Assembly: GCA_017440545.1 (NCBI GenBank)
Contig: JAFSGZ010000009.1
Location: forward strand, 1-54,689
Length of the DNA stretch: 54,689 bases
Direction: 5' to 3'
From: Oscillospiraceae bacterium
GTDB lineage: Bacteria > Bacillota > Clostridia > Oscillospirales > Ruminococcaceae
Shown: piece after piece, positions 19,999 to 29,408 of the stretch
Numbering within the stretch: the stretch's first letter is position 1
Layout: the number at the start of each line of letters is the position of its first letter
Notes under the pieces: generated by a model
The model's input: only the letters and a program-made list of their open reading frames with translations
Database searches by the model: none
Told to the model about the DNA's origin: nothing
Translations under genes and position numbers: made by a program

Positions 19999-20035
19999 GG
20001 ATTTACTAAACGCCAAAAAGGCATTTAGTAAATCC
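19999..20035 (-). terminator. 12-bp hairpin between rny and ymdB (terminator or attenuator)
   Basis: GGATTTACTAAA (19999..20010) pairs with TTTAGTAAATCC (20024..20035). A moderately U-rich tail follows on the minus strand. Confidence 0.4.
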
Positions 20036-20047
20036 AAATAGGTTTTA

Positions 20048-21604
20048 TTATTTAGCGTAAGCTATTGTACGGTTTTCCCTGATAACGTGAACCTTAATCT
20101 GTCCGGGATATTCCATTTCCTTTTCAATTTGTTCGACTATATCACGGGCGATAAGCACCATTTGGTCGTCAGAAACAGCCTCAGGCTTAACCATAATGCG
20201 AATTTCGCGTCCTGCAGAAATTGCAAAGGATTTTTCAACGCCGTTATAACTATTGGCAATTTCCTCAAGCTTTTCAAGGCGTTTGATATAGCTTTCGAGA
20301 TTTTCGCGGCGTGCACCAGGTCTTGCTGCTGAAATTGCATCGGAAGCTTGAACAAGGCAAGCAACAATGGTTTTGGTTTCAACATCGCCGTGGTGAGCCT
20401 CAATAGCGTGAATAATCTCTTCACTTTCTTTATATTTCTTTGCGATATCAACACCTATGGCAACGTGTGAGCCCTCAATTTCACGACTAAGAGCCTTACC
20501 GATATCGTGAAGAAGTCCTGCGCGTCTTGCAACCGACGGTTCAATGCCGATTTCAGATGCCATAACGCCGGCTAAATGAGCTACCTCTATTGAATGGTCG
20601 AGCACATTTTGACCATAGCTTGTTCTATAACGAAGGCGTCCTAAAAGCTTAACAAGCTCGGGATTAATGCCGTGGATACCAATTTCCATAACGGCACGCT
20701 CGCCTTCCTGCTTAATTTTACTTTCAACCTCACGCTTTGCCTTTTCAACCATTTCCTCAATGCGTGCAGGGTGAATTCTGCCGTCTGCAATAAGCTTTTC
20801 GAGCGAAATTCTTGCAACCTCACGTCTGATGGGGTCAAAAGACGAAAGTGTGATGGCCTCGGGAGTGTCATCAATAATTAAATCTACTCCTGTTAAGGTT
20901 TCAAGTGTTCTTATGTTTCGACCCTCACGACCGATAATTCTGCCCTTCATTTCATCACCGGGGAGATGAACAACCGAAACTGTTGCCTCGGATACGTGAT
21001 CGGCAGCGCATCTTGCGATTGCGCCTGAAATAAGGTTTCTTGCGATTTGGTCTGAATCATCCTTAATCTGCTGTTCAAAAGCGTTTATTCTGACTGCCTT
21101 ATCGTGTGTGAGCTGTTCGTCAAGGCTCTTTAAGAGCATTTCCTTTGCCTGCTCTGTTGAAAGACCCGAAATACGCTCGAGCATATCAAGCTGACGCTGT
21201 TTAATGGTTTCGGCATCTGTGAGCTTTGCCTCAACCTCTTTAATCTTTGCCTGCAAAGCTTCGTCTTTTCTTTCGAGGTTCTCTGTTTTTTTGTCAAGGT
21301 TCTCTTCTTTTTGCTGAAGTCTTTTTTCCTGATGTGTGACTTCGTTTCTTCTCTCTTTTAATTCTCTTTCTTGTTCTACTCTTAATTTATGAAGCTCGTC
21401 CTTTGCTTCAACGATTGCTTCTTTTTTAGCACGCTGTGCATCTGCCTCGGCGCCTTTTCTTATTCTTTCGGCCTCTGCCTCGGCAGAGCCTATTTTTTTC
21501 TCAGCGGTTTGCTTTCTAACTAAAACGCCAATAAAAAAGGCTACAATTATGAGCACAATAGCTACCACAGCGGCGATGAGCATATATATCTGTTGTTGTG
21601 TCAT
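20048..21604 (-). CDS. rny: Ribonuclease Y
   Basis: 518 aa. N-terminal TM segment, coiled coil, KH domain (..GREGRNIR..) and HD domain (..LLHDIGK..). Confidence 0.92.
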   Translation of the reverse strand: MTQQQIYMLIAAVVAIVLIIVAFFIGVLVRKQTAEKKIGSAEAEAERIRKGAEADAQRAKKEAIVEAKDELHKLRVEQERELKERRNEVTHQEKRLQQKEENLDKKTENLERKDEALQAKIKEVEAKLTDAETIKQRQLDMLERISGLSTEQAKEMLLKSLDEQLTHDKAVRINAFEQQIKDDSDQIARNLISGAIARCAADHVSEATVSVVHLPGDEMKGRIIGREGRNIRTLETLTGVDLIIDDTPEAITLSSFDPIRREVARISLEKLIADGRIHPARIEEMVEKAKREVESKIKQEGERAVMEIGIHGINPELVKLLGRLRYRTSYGQNVLDHSIEVAHLAGVMASEIGIEPSVARRAGLLHDIGKALSREIEGSHVAIGVDIAKKYKESEEIIHAIEAHHGDVETKTIVACLVQASDAISAARPGARRENLESYIKRLEKLEEIANSYNGVEKSFAISAGREIRIMVKPEAVSDDQMVLIARDIVEQIEKEMEYPGQIKVHVIRENRTIAYAK

Positions 21605-21852
21605 AAAGCTTAAAATTTCCTCCTTCTTTTATTTTTTTGTCTTAATATCTGTAAATTGAAAACTCAAATAACCACAAAATACAGTATATGAATATTGTAT
21701 AACATTTAATCTGTTGTGTCAAGTGATTTAAAAATCGTATATGGATTTTTTATTCACCTTTTTTCACTAATTTTTTCAAAAATTAATATACTGATTTGAA
21801 AGCGGATTTTTTACGCTTTATAAAATGCTTTTAAGCTTAAGGGAGAGGCCTC

Positions 21853-22620
21853 ATGGAAAACATACTTGAAATAAAAAATCTCAAAATCTGCTACCAAGCA
21901 AAAAACGGAGAGGTCGAAGCGGTTAAAAATGTAAGCTTTAGCGTTAAAAACGGTGAGTTTTTAAGCATTGTAGGCCCCTCGGGCTGCGGAAAATCAACCA
22001 TACTGTCATCAATTTCGGGACTCACCCCGATAACAGAGGGTGAGATTTATCTAAAAGGCAAAAAGCTCTCATTTCCCTGCTTTGACATTGCCTATATGCT
22101 TCAAAAGGATAGCTTACTTCCTTGGCGTTCAATAAGAAAAAATGTTATTTTGGGGCTTGAAATACAAAAAATGCTGTCGGAGGAAAACTTAGAATATGCC
22201 GACAGTCTTTTAAAGGCTTACGGACTTTGGGAATTTAGGGATAAATACCCCTCTCAGCTTTCGGGCGGAATGCGACAGCGCGCTGCTCTTATAAGAACCT
22301 TATCGGTAAAGCCCGAAATACTGCTTTTAGACGAAGCCTTTTCGGCTCTTGACTATCAAACGAGGCTTTCGGTTTCAGATGATGTCTATAAAATTCTCAA
22401 AAAAGAGAAAAAGACAGCTATCATTGTAACACACGACATTCCCGAAAGCATAAGCATGAGTGACAGGGTGCTGGTGCTCACAAAGCGTCCTGCCGAGATT
22501 AAAAAAATTATCAACACCGAATTTGATATACAAAATAGAAGTCCGCTTTTAACACGCGACCACAAAAAATTCGGAGAATACTTCAATCAAATCTGGAAAG
22601 AGCTTGATATAAATGCATAA
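21853..22620 (+). CDS. ABC transporter ATP-binding protein (NitT/TauT family)
   Basis: Walker A GPSGCGKST, signature LSGGMRQR, Walker B LLLDEAFSALD. Confidence 0.85.
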   Translation: MENILEIKNLKICYQAKNGEVEAVKNVSFSVKNGEFLSIVGPSGCGKSTILSSISGLTPITEGEIYLKGKKLSFPCFDIAYMLQKDSLLPWRSIRKNVILGLEIQKMLSEENLEYADSLLKAYGLWEFRDKYPSQLSGGMRQRAALIRTLSVKPEILLLDEAFSALDYQTRLSVSDDVYKILKKEKKTAIIVTHDIPESISMSDRVLVLTKRPAEIKKIINTEFDIQNRSPLLTRDHKKFGEYFNQIWKELDINA

Positions 22621-23425
22621 CACAAACCTTTCTAAAGAGCGTCTTTCTTATCTTTCAAAGGTTAAAAAAGACAAGGCTGTTGTTACATTTTTCAGATGTT
22701 TTATATTAGTTTTATTTATAGCTGTGTGGGAAATTTCAGCCCATTTTAATATAATAGACAGCTTTGTTTTAAGCTCGCCCTCACGGATACTTAAGGTGCT
22801 TCTTAATTTTAATAAAAACAATTTCCCTCTTCACATTTACACCACCCTTTTTGAAACGGTGGTTGGCTTTTTACTCGGTATTATTATTGGTGTTGCCCTT
22901 GCAAGCGCATTATGGTGGTCGCCGTTTTTATCAAAGGTCAGCGAGCCTTATTTGGTTGTGCTTAACAGTCTTCCCAAAATTGCACTTGGCCCCGTTATTA
23001 TAATTTGGGCGGGAGCAGGTGTGCGTGCCATTATTTTTATGGCACTTGCAATTTCAACCATTGTAACTGTGCTTGAAATGCTTGAAGGCTTTAAATCAAC
23101 CGACCAAGACCTTATAAAAATGGCAAAAACCTTTGGTGCCACGCGGCTTCAGATATTTTTTAAGATAGTGCTTCCCTTTAACATTTCAACCCTTTTTAAC
23201 TCGCTTAAAATAAACATCGGTCTTTCGCTTGTAGGCGTAATTGCAGGTGAGTTTTTAGTTTCTAAGGCGGGACTTGGCTATCTTATAGTTTACGGCGGTC
23301 AGGTGTTTAAAATGGACCTTGTTATGACAAGCGTGCTTATTTTATCTGTAGCGGCAGCAATTATGTATGAGTTTATTGTAATCTCAGAAAAGCTTACACT
23401 CAAATTTATTAATCATAAAGGGTAA
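22613..23425 (+). CDS. ABC transporter permease (NitT/TauT family)
   Basis: 270 aa with multiple TM spans. Overlaps the ATPase gene stop. Confidence 0.8.
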   Translation: MHNTNLSKERLSYLSKVKKDKAVVTFFRCFILVLFIAVWEISAHFNIIDSFVLSSPSRILKVLLNFNKNNFPLHIYTTLFETVVGFLLGIIIGVALASALWWSPFLSKVSEPYLVVLNSLPKIALGPVIIIWAGAGVRAIIFMALAISTIVTVLEMLEGFKSTDQDLIKMAKTFGATRLQIFFKIVLPFNISTLFNSLKINIGLSLVGVIAGEFLVSKAGLGYLIVYGGQVFKMDLVMTSVLILSVAAAIMYEFIVISEKLTLKFINHKG

Positions 23426-23477
23426 CATTTTTTTAGGTTTTTGCATTTAATAGAGAAAACAGCAAAGGAGTTTTTAT

Positions 23478-24500
23478 ATGGTTAAAAGCTTTTTAAAAAA
23501 GGCGGCAATTTTTTCGCTCTGCCTACTAATTATTTTGCCTTTTACGGCTTGCAAAAAGGACAATGACAAAGGTCTTAAGAAAATTGAGGTCAGCGAGGTT
23601 ACCCACTCGGTGTTTTACGCTCCTCAATATGTTGCACTAAACCTCGGATTTTTTGAGGACGAAGGTCTTGATGTTTCACTCTCTGTAGGTCAAGGCGCCG
23701 ACAGCGTTGCAGCAGCGGTGCTTTCGGGGCAGGTTGACATTGGCTTTGCAGGTCCCGAGGCATCTGTTTATATCTATAACGAAGGCAGAGAAAATTATCT
23801 GCAAATCTTTTCACAGCTAACCCAAAAAGACGGTTCATTTTTAGTATCACGCGAGAAAAACGAAGATTTTAAATGGACCGATTTAAAGGGCAAGCATATT
23901 CTTCCCGGCAGACGCGGCGGTGTTCCGTTTATGACATTTGAATATATTTTAAAGCAAAACGGACTTGACACCGAAAAGGATTTACTTCTTGATAACAGCG
24001 TGCAGTTTGCAATGATGACAAGTGCATTTTCTTCAGGCACAGGCGATTATGTAACGGCATTTGAGCCAACCGCCTCAATGCTTGAAAAAGAGGGCAAGGG
24101 CTACATTGTTGCCTCTATAGGCGAGGAAAGCGGAGAAATACCCTACACAGCCTATTTTGCCTCTAAAAAATATATTGAGCAAAATGAGGATATAATTCAA
24201 GGCTTTGCAAATGCAGTTTACAAAGCTCAGCTCTGGTGTCAGGAGCACACAGCCGAGGAAATTGCTACGGCTATTGAAAAGAGCTTCCCTGACATTGAAC
24301 ACGCACTTTTAGTGACCTCTGTTCAAAGCTATATGGACATTGATGCCTGGTGCAAGGACGGCGTTATGACCGAAAAATCCCTAAATCGCTTACAAGATGT
24401 TATAGAAGAAGCAGGTGAGCTTACAAAGCGTGCCGACTTTAGCAAAACTGTTAACAACACCTTTGCACAAAATGCAATAAAAAACATTAATAATAAGTAA
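23478..24500 (+). CDS. ABC substrate-binding lipoprotein (NMT1/THI5-like)
   Basis: Signal peptide with lipobox ..LPFTAC.. The mature part resembles NMT1/THI5-type binding proteins. Confidence 0.75.
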   Translation: MVKSFLKKAAIFSLCLLIILPFTACKKDNDKGLKKIEVSEVTHSVFYAPQYVALNLGFFEDEGLDVSLSVGQGADSVAAAVLSGQVDIGFAGPEASVYIYNEGRENYLQIFSQLTQKDGSFLVSREKNEDFKWTDLKGKHILPGRRGGVPFMTFEYILKQNGLDTEKDLLLDNSVQFAMMTSAFSSGTGDYVTAFEPTASMLEKEGKGYIVASIGEESGEIPYTAYFASKKYIEQNEDIIQGFANAVYKAQLWCQEHTAEEIATAIEKSFPDIEHALLVTSVQSYMDIDAWCKDGVMTEKSLNRLQDVIEEAGELTKRADFSKTVNNTFAQNAIKNINNK

Positions 24501-24513
24501 AGCTTAAATCTTT

Positions 24514-24551
24514 GGGCATTGAGAGGAAAATTTTCCCTCAATGCCCTTTTT
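24514..24551 (+). terminator. Rho-independent terminator
   Basis: GGGCATTGAGAGG / CCCTCAATGCCC stem followed by TTTTT. Confidence 0.7.
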
Positions 24552-24557
24552 AATTTA

Positions 24558-24585
24558 TTGACTTTTAAATATAAAAGAGTATAAT
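24558..24585 (+). promoter_or_regulatory. Candidate sigma-A promoter for the ybaK-like gene and the second ABC operon
   Basis: TTGACT, 16-nt spacer, TATAAT. Confidence 0.45.
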
Positions 24586-24617
24586 TTATAAGAAAGAATA
24601 TATATAAAGGTGAAGCT

Positions 24618-25100
24618 ATGTCAATTTTAAAGGCGAGAGAATATCTCAAAAAATTTGATGCCGATGGACGTATTCGTGAGCTTGAACTTTCAAGTGCAAC
24701 GGTTGAGCTTGCGGCGCTCGCTCTTGGCTGCGAGGGCAAAAGAATTGCCAAAACACTGTCGTTTGAAGGCATTGACGCCCCTATTTTAATAGTTGCAGCA
24801 GGCGATGCTAAAGTTGATAATCACGCCTTTAAAGAGGAGTTTAAAATAAAGCCTCGTATGATAGCTGCCGACTTGGTTGAAGAAAAAATCGGTCACGGCA
24901 TAGGAGGAGTTTGTCCGTTTGGAGTAAATGAAAATGTAAAAATTTACTTGGACAAATCGCTTACGCGTTTTGAAACCGTTTTCCCCGCCTGCGGAAGCTC
25001 TAACAGTGCCATTGAGCTTACCATAAGCGAACTTGAAACCTTTAGCTCATTTATAAAGTGGGTTGATGTCTGCAATGCTTGGCAGGATAATGTTGATTAA
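24618..25100 (+). CDS. YbaK/EbsC-family aminoacyl-tRNA deacylase-like protein
   Basis: 160 aa. Has ..RIAKTLSF.. and ..GGVCPFG.., characteristic of the YbaK/ProRS-associated editing domain. Confidence 0.7.
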   Translation: MSILKAREYLKKFDADGRIRELELSSATVELAALALGCEGKRIAKTLSFEGIDAPILIVAAGDAKVDNHAFKEEFKIKPRMIAADLVEEKIGHGIGGVCPFGVNENVKIYLDKSLTRFETVFPACGSSNSAIELTISELETFSSFIKWVDVCNAWQDNVD

Positions 25101-25121
25101 AATATAAAGGAGATATATACC

Positions 25122-26135
25122 ATGAAAAACAAAATTTTAAAAACAGTATCACTTATTTTAGCATCACTTATGCTTTTAGTATGCTTTTCTTCCTGCAGGA
25201 ATGAAATAAAACCCGGCGATGTAAGCACAAACAGCGAAAAGCCCAAGGTTAAAATGAATGTTTCGGTTATGAAGGGCCCCACAGCTATTGGTATGATGGG
25301 ACTTATGCGTCAGGATAAAAACGAGGCCGCTAAAAACGACTACGATTTTCAAATATTTACAGCTCCCGACCAGGCGGTTGCCGCTGTTGTAAACAAGTCG
25401 GTTGATATTGCTGCTGTTCCCACAAACCTTGCCGCTACCCTTTACAAAAAAACCAATGGTGGTGTAAGCGTTATTGCCGCTACTACAACCGGCGTGCTTC
25501 ACATCTTAACAAAGGACCAAAACGTTAAAACAATAGCCGATTTAAAGGGTAAAAAGCTTTACGCAACAGGTCAGGGTGCAACCAATGAGTATGTTTTAAA
25601 CTTCTTACTTGAAAAGAACGGACTTGTTCTTGGAAAAGACATTGAAGTTATCTACAAGGCAGAGCATTCAGAGCTTGCCTCTTTAATGCTTACAGGCGAG
25701 GCTGAATATGCACTTTTACCCGACCCCTTTGCAACCACAGTTACAAACAAAAACAAGGATATTAAAAAGGTTATCGACCTTGCAAACGCTTGGGAGAGCG
25801 TTCCCGAAAACAATAACAACAATCTCATTATGGGTTGCCTTATTGTCAGAAATGAATATTTAGAGCAAAACCCCGAAGCTGTTAAAACATTCTTGCTTGA
25901 ATATTCAGCATCTGTTCAGGCTCTCCAGCTTTTAGACGAAACCTTAGACAACGCCGAGGAATTTGAGATTATCAGCCGCGATGCTGTTATCCCCGTTATT
26001 CCCTCTTGTGTTTACTACACCGGCGACAAAATGAAAAATGCAATTAGCAGCTACCTTGATATATTATTCAAATCAAATCCTGCTTCGGTTGGAGGTAGTT
26101 TACCCGATGATGCATTCTACTACAGTGCAAAATAA
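25122..26135 (+). CDS. ABC substrate-binding lipoprotein (NitT/TauT-type)
   Basis: Signal peptide with lipobox ..FSSC.., 337 aa. Followed by cognate permease and ATPase genes. Confidence 0.7.
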   Translation: MKNKILKTVSLILASLMLLVCFSSCRNEIKPGDVSTNSEKPKVKMNVSVMKGPTAIGMMGLMRQDKNEAAKNDYDFQIFTAPDQAVAAVVNKSVDIAAVPTNLAATLYKKTNGGVSVIAATTTGVLHILTKDQNVKTIADLKGKKLYATGQGATNEYVLNFLLEKNGLVLGKDIEVIYKAEHSELASLMLTGEAEYALLPDPFATTVTNKNKDIKKVIDLANAWESVPENNNNNLIMGCLIVRNEYLEQNPEAVKTFLLEYSASVQALQLLDETLDNAEEFEIISRDAVIPVIPSCVYYTGDKMKNAISSYLDILFKSNPASVGGSLPDDAFYYSAK

Positions 26136-26886
26136 AATTAAACCTCTTTTAAAAAAAGTTTTTGTACTGCTTTTCTGGCTTTTAGTTTGGGAAGGGGTAT
26201 ATTTAATTGTCGGTCACGACATTTTAGTGGCCTCTCCCCTTGACACCTTTAAGCGTGCCTTTGAGCTTTTGTCCACCTCGGATTTTTGGCTTTGTATAGC
26301 AAATTCTCTTTGGCACATTTTACTTGGATTTGTATTAGCTGTTATTTTTGCTATTTTACTTTCACTTATAACAAGCTATTCAAAAACCGCAGATTCGCTT
26401 ATCGGTGCTTTAATGAGGGTTATAAAATCGGCACCTGTTGCCTCTTTTATAGTCATTGCACTTTTATGGCTTAAAAGCTCTATCGCTTCATTTATTGCCT
26501 TTTTAATGGTAGTGCCTATCATTTGGCACAGCCTGTCTGTCGGCATAAAGGAGACAGATAAAAATTTGCTTGAGATGGCAAAGATTTATAACTTCTCATT
26601 TTTTAAAAAGCTTAAACTTATTTATATTCCATCTATTATGCCGCAGTTTTCTTCTGCCGCTTCGGTTGCTTTAGGCTTTGCTTTTAAGGCAGGCATTTCG
26701 GCAGAGGTTATAGGTCTTCCAAAAGACACACTCGGAATTAAAATCCACGATGCAAAGATTTACATTGAAACAGCCGACCTTTTTGCTGTCACCTTGGTTA
26801 TAATTGTTTTAAGTATGGCTATGGAAAAGCTTTTTATGCTTTTAATGCGCCGCTTAAATAAAAAGGTCACGGGAGGTGAGGCATAA
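26107..26886 (+). CDS. ABC transporter permease
   Basis: Multi-TM protein. Start taken at MMHSTTVQNK (26107), overlapping the end of the binding-protein gene. The track's 26038 start would lie deep inside that gene. Confidence 0.75.
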   Translation: MMHSTTVQNKIKPLLKKVFVLLFWLLVWEGVYLIVGHDILVASPLDTFKRAFELLSTSDFWLCIANSLWHILLGFVLAVIFAILLSLITSYSKTADSLIGALMRVIKSAPVASFIVIALLWLKSSIASFIAFLMVVPIIWHSLSVGIKETDKNLLEMAKIYNFSFFKKLKLIYIPSIMPQFSSAASVALGFAFKAGISAEVIGLPKDTLGIKIHDAKIYIETADLFAVTLVIIVLSMAMEKLFMLLMRRLNKKVTGGEA

Positions 26887-27459
26887 GTGTTTGTAAATTT
26901 AAAAAACATTACAAAATGCTTCGGCGAGCTTTGTTTATTTAAGGATTTTTCCTATAATTTTGACGCCGCCGGAATTTACTGCATAAGCGGTGCCTCGGGC
27001 TGTGGAAAAACCACCCTTCTTAAAATCATCTCGGGTATTGATAAAGACTTTGAGGGTGAGGTTTTAAAAGAGGGTAAGCTTTCATTCGTATTTCAGGAAA
27101 ACAGACTTATTCCCTTTATAAGTGTTATAAACAATGTTTTGTCGGTTTGCGATAAAAAAACTGTTGATGCCAAGAAAAAGGCAAAGGAAATTTTAAAAAA
27201 TCTTGGACTTGAGGGCTTTGAAAATGCCAAAATAAGCGAGCTTAGCGGCGGAATGAAAAGACGTGTTTCGCTTGCAAGAGCGCTTATATTTGAGCCGCAA
27301 ATACTGCTTTTAGACGAAGCCTTTTCAGCTCTTGATGAAGGCACAATAAGCGACATTTCCCCAATTATCAAAGAGTTTGCCAAGGATAAAATTGTTATAA
27401 TGGTTACGCATAGCCAAAGCGAAATTTCAAGCTTTGCAGATAAGATTATAAAGCTTTAA
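26887..27459 (+). CDS. Compact ABC transporter ATP-binding protein (190 aa)
   Basis: GTG start. Walker A GASGCGKTT, LSGGMKRR, LLLDEAFSALD, H-loop VTHS. Confidence 0.8.
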   Translation: MFVNLKNITKCFGELCLFKDFSYNFDAAGIYCISGASGCGKTTLLKIISGIDKDFEGEVLKEGKLSFVFQENRLIPFISVINNVLSVCDKKTVDAKKKAKEILKNLGLEGFENAKISELSGGMKRRVSLARALIFEPQILLLDEAFSALDEGTISDISPIIKEFAKDKIVIMVTHSQSEISSFADKIIKL

Positions 27460-27475
27460 AAGGAGGACATTTTTT

Positions 27476-28024
27476 ATGTCACAAAACAAAATTATTGCCC
27501 TTGTAGGAATGTGCGGCACCGGTAAATCGGTGGTTTGCGATTTATTCTGCGAAAAAGGCTTTAATAAAATCTATTTCGGTCAGGTAACAATGGACGAGCT
27601 TAAAGCTCGCGGGCTTCAAAAAAATGAGCAAAACGAAAGAATGGTGCGTGAGGAGCTTCGCAGAGTTCACGGTCCCGCCGCTTTTGCAAAGCTTTTATTA
27701 CCCTCTATTGAAAAGGCTCAAGATGAGGGCGACACAATTTTAGACGGTCTTTATTCCTGGTCCGAATACAAATGCTTAAAAGAACATTTCGGCGACAGAC
27801 TTATAGTAGCCGCTGTTATAACAAACCGTCCCATTCGATATGAGCGTCTTACCACCCGCGAAATAAGGCCTCTCACAAATGAAGAAGCTCTCAGCCGCGA
27901 TTTAGCAGAAATAGAAAAGCTCGAAAAGGGCGGACCTATTGCGATGGCAGACTACTTTATTTTAAATAACGGAGATGTAGAAAGTCTTTGTGCACAGGTA
28001 GATGAGTTTTTAAGTAATATCTAA
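27476..28024 (+). CDS. P-loop nucleotide/nucleoside kinase-like protein (dephospho-CoA-kinase-like fold)
   Basis: 182 aa. Walker A GMCGTGKS near the N-terminus. SD AAAGGAGG upstream. The exact family is not recognised. Confidence 0.5.
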   Translation: MSQNKIIALVGMCGTGKSVVCDLFCEKGFNKIYFGQVTMDELKARGLQKNEQNERMVREELRRVHGPAAFAKLLLPSIEKAQDEGDTILDGLYSWSEYKCLKEHFGDRLIVAAVITNRPIRYERLTTREIRPLTNEEALSRDLAEIEKLEKGGPIAMADYFILNNGDVESLCAQVDEFLSNI

Positions 28025-28033
28025 ATAAGATAC

Positions 28034-28066
28034 AAAAAGCCGACTGAAAAATCAGTCGGCTTTTTT
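28034..28066. terminator. Bidirectional rho-independent terminator
   Basis: GCCGACTGA-AAAA-TCAGTCGGC stem flanked by an A-run and a T-run. Sits between convergent genes. Confidence 0.8.
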
Positions 28067-28074
28067 ACTACTTA

Positions 28075-28986
28075 CTATTTATCAAATTTATCTGCAAGGT
28101 GTCTTGCGACCTTTGCCATAAAGAGCGATGCGTCCTCATATAGCTCCATAGGGAATCTGGATAAAAACGAATCAGCTTCAAGGCTTAATGTTCCTGTATA
28201 GTTTATATCCTTGAGGGCTTTTATAAAGGCATCCCAGTTTATACGTCTTTCGGGGCCTTTAAATTCCATAGGTGTCGGAAATCCATTATATGGAATATCG
28301 TGATTATCATCTCGTCCGTCGTTATCGTGAACATGAAGTACCTTTAATGTATCTCCAAGGCTGTAAACCATATCCTCAGGAGTTTCTCCTGTTAAAATGC
28401 AGTGTCCTACATCGAGGCAGGTAACAAAACCGTCACCGAGCTCTTTTGCAAGCTTTTTCATTTCATCAGAGGTACTGCAAACCGAAGGACAAATAACATC
28501 CTTTTCAAAATCGTGATGCCACATATTTTCAATAGCGACCTTAACGCCGTATTCTTTAAGATAAGGAACCATTTTTCCGTAATACTCCAAATTAGCATCA
28601 TAATTTTCCTGATACTTTTGGTCATATATACGGTCAAGCATAATAAGTGGATGAATTACGACATAAGGGCAATTCATAATTGCGGCACTTATGATAGAAT
28701 TTACAGCCAGCATATCCCAAAGCTTTTGGTTTTCCATATAAGCGGGATAAGATGGGCTGGGCATTTGAGCATGAAGCTGACCGAACTCAATTCCTGCTGC
28801 ATCAGCAACGGTCTTAAGTTTTTCAGCGTACTTATCAAAGCCTTTATTTGTAAAAACGCCATCTTCGGCTTTATGTACAAACATAGAATAGTCCATTGCA
28901 TCAAAGCCTGCTTTTGCAAGCATTACTATTGCCTTTTCGTCTCCGAATTTTCTTGCAAGAACACTTGTAGTACTGCTGATTTTCAT
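28075..28986 (-). CDS. Sugar phosphate isomerase/epimerase (xylose-isomerase-like TIM barrel)
   Basis: Has ..IENMWH.. and ..LDVGH..HVHDNDG.. metal-site pattern. ATG at 28986 is preferred (AGGGAG 8 nt upstream) over the track's GTG at 28995. Confidence 0.75.
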   Translation of the reverse strand: MKISSTTSVLARKFGDEKAIVMLAKAGFDAMDYSMFVHKAEDGVFTNKGFDKYAEKLKTVADAAGIEFGQLHAQMPSPSYPAYMENQKLWDMLAVNSIISAAIMNCPYVVIHPLIMLDRIYDQKYQENYDANLEYYGKMVPYLKEYGVKVAIENMWHHDFEKDVICPSVCSTSDEMKKLAKELGDGFVTCLDVGHCILTGETPEDMVYSLGDTLKVLHVHDNDGRDDNHDIPYNGFPTPMEFKGPERRINWDAFIKALKDINYTGTLSLEADSFLSRFPMELYEDASLFMAKVARHLADKFDK

Positions 28987-29006
28987 AGCAACCACTCCCT
29001 AATTAC

Positions 29007-29038
29007 ACTTAAAGGCTCCCTTTCGGGAGCCTTTAAGT
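29007..29038 (-). other. Perfect 14-bp hairpin with a GAAA loop (minus-strand RNA), 7 nt upstream of the isomerase SD
   Basis: ACTTAAAGGCTCCC-TTTC-GGGAGCCTTTAAGT read directly from the sequence. Confidence 0.6.
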
Positions 29039-29161
29039 TAATTTTAAATTTTTCTCCACAAGAGAATATGTACATAATTAATCTTAAAGCATAACGGCTT
29101 TTAAAACTTCTTATGGACTCAAGCTCTCTTAAACTTTGAAGAATTATTGTTTTATGTAGAA

Positions 29162-29329
29162 TTATTCCTCTACAATAGCGCCAACGGGGCAAGTTGCAAC
29201 GCAGGTGCCGCACTCGATGCAGCCCTCACCGATTTCATACTTTCCGTCGCCCTCTGTGATAACAGAAACGGGACACTCTCCTGCGCATGCACCGCAAGCG
29301 AGGCACTCATCAGTAATTTTGTAAGCCAT
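29162..29329 (-). CDS. fdx: 2x[4Fe-4S] clostridial-type ferredoxin (55 aa)
   Basis: Below the ORF-track cutoff. Hand translation MAYKITDECLACGACAGECPVSVITEGDGKYEIGEGCIECGTCVATCPVGAIVEE has two CxxCxxCxxxCP motifs. SD GAGGAGG upstream. Confidence 0.85.
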   Translation of the reverse strand: MAYKITDECLACGACAGECPVSVITEGDGKYEIGEGCIECGTCVATCPVGAIVEE

Positions 29330-29408
29330 TTATAAACACCTCCTCAAAGGAATATAAGTTTATTACAAACCTATTTTATCACATTGATTTTTAAAAATCA
29401 ACGCTTTT

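Noticed and set aside
21605-21852. Possible TPP or other riboswitch upstream of the THI5-like ABC operon
   Set aside because: I read both strands and found no CUGAGA/ACCUGA-type TPP core or other conserved riboswitch strings. The region is AT-rich promoter DNA shared with rny.
24329-24772. 147-aa minus-strand ORF
   Set aside because: It is antisense across the end of the binding-protein gene, a terminator, a promoter and the YbaK-like start, which is implausible for a real gene.
28402-29094. 230-aa plus-strand ORF
   Set aside because: It is antisense to the well-supported sugar isomerase gene. Its composition is low-complexity and Ile/Phe/Asn/Lys-rich, with no SD.
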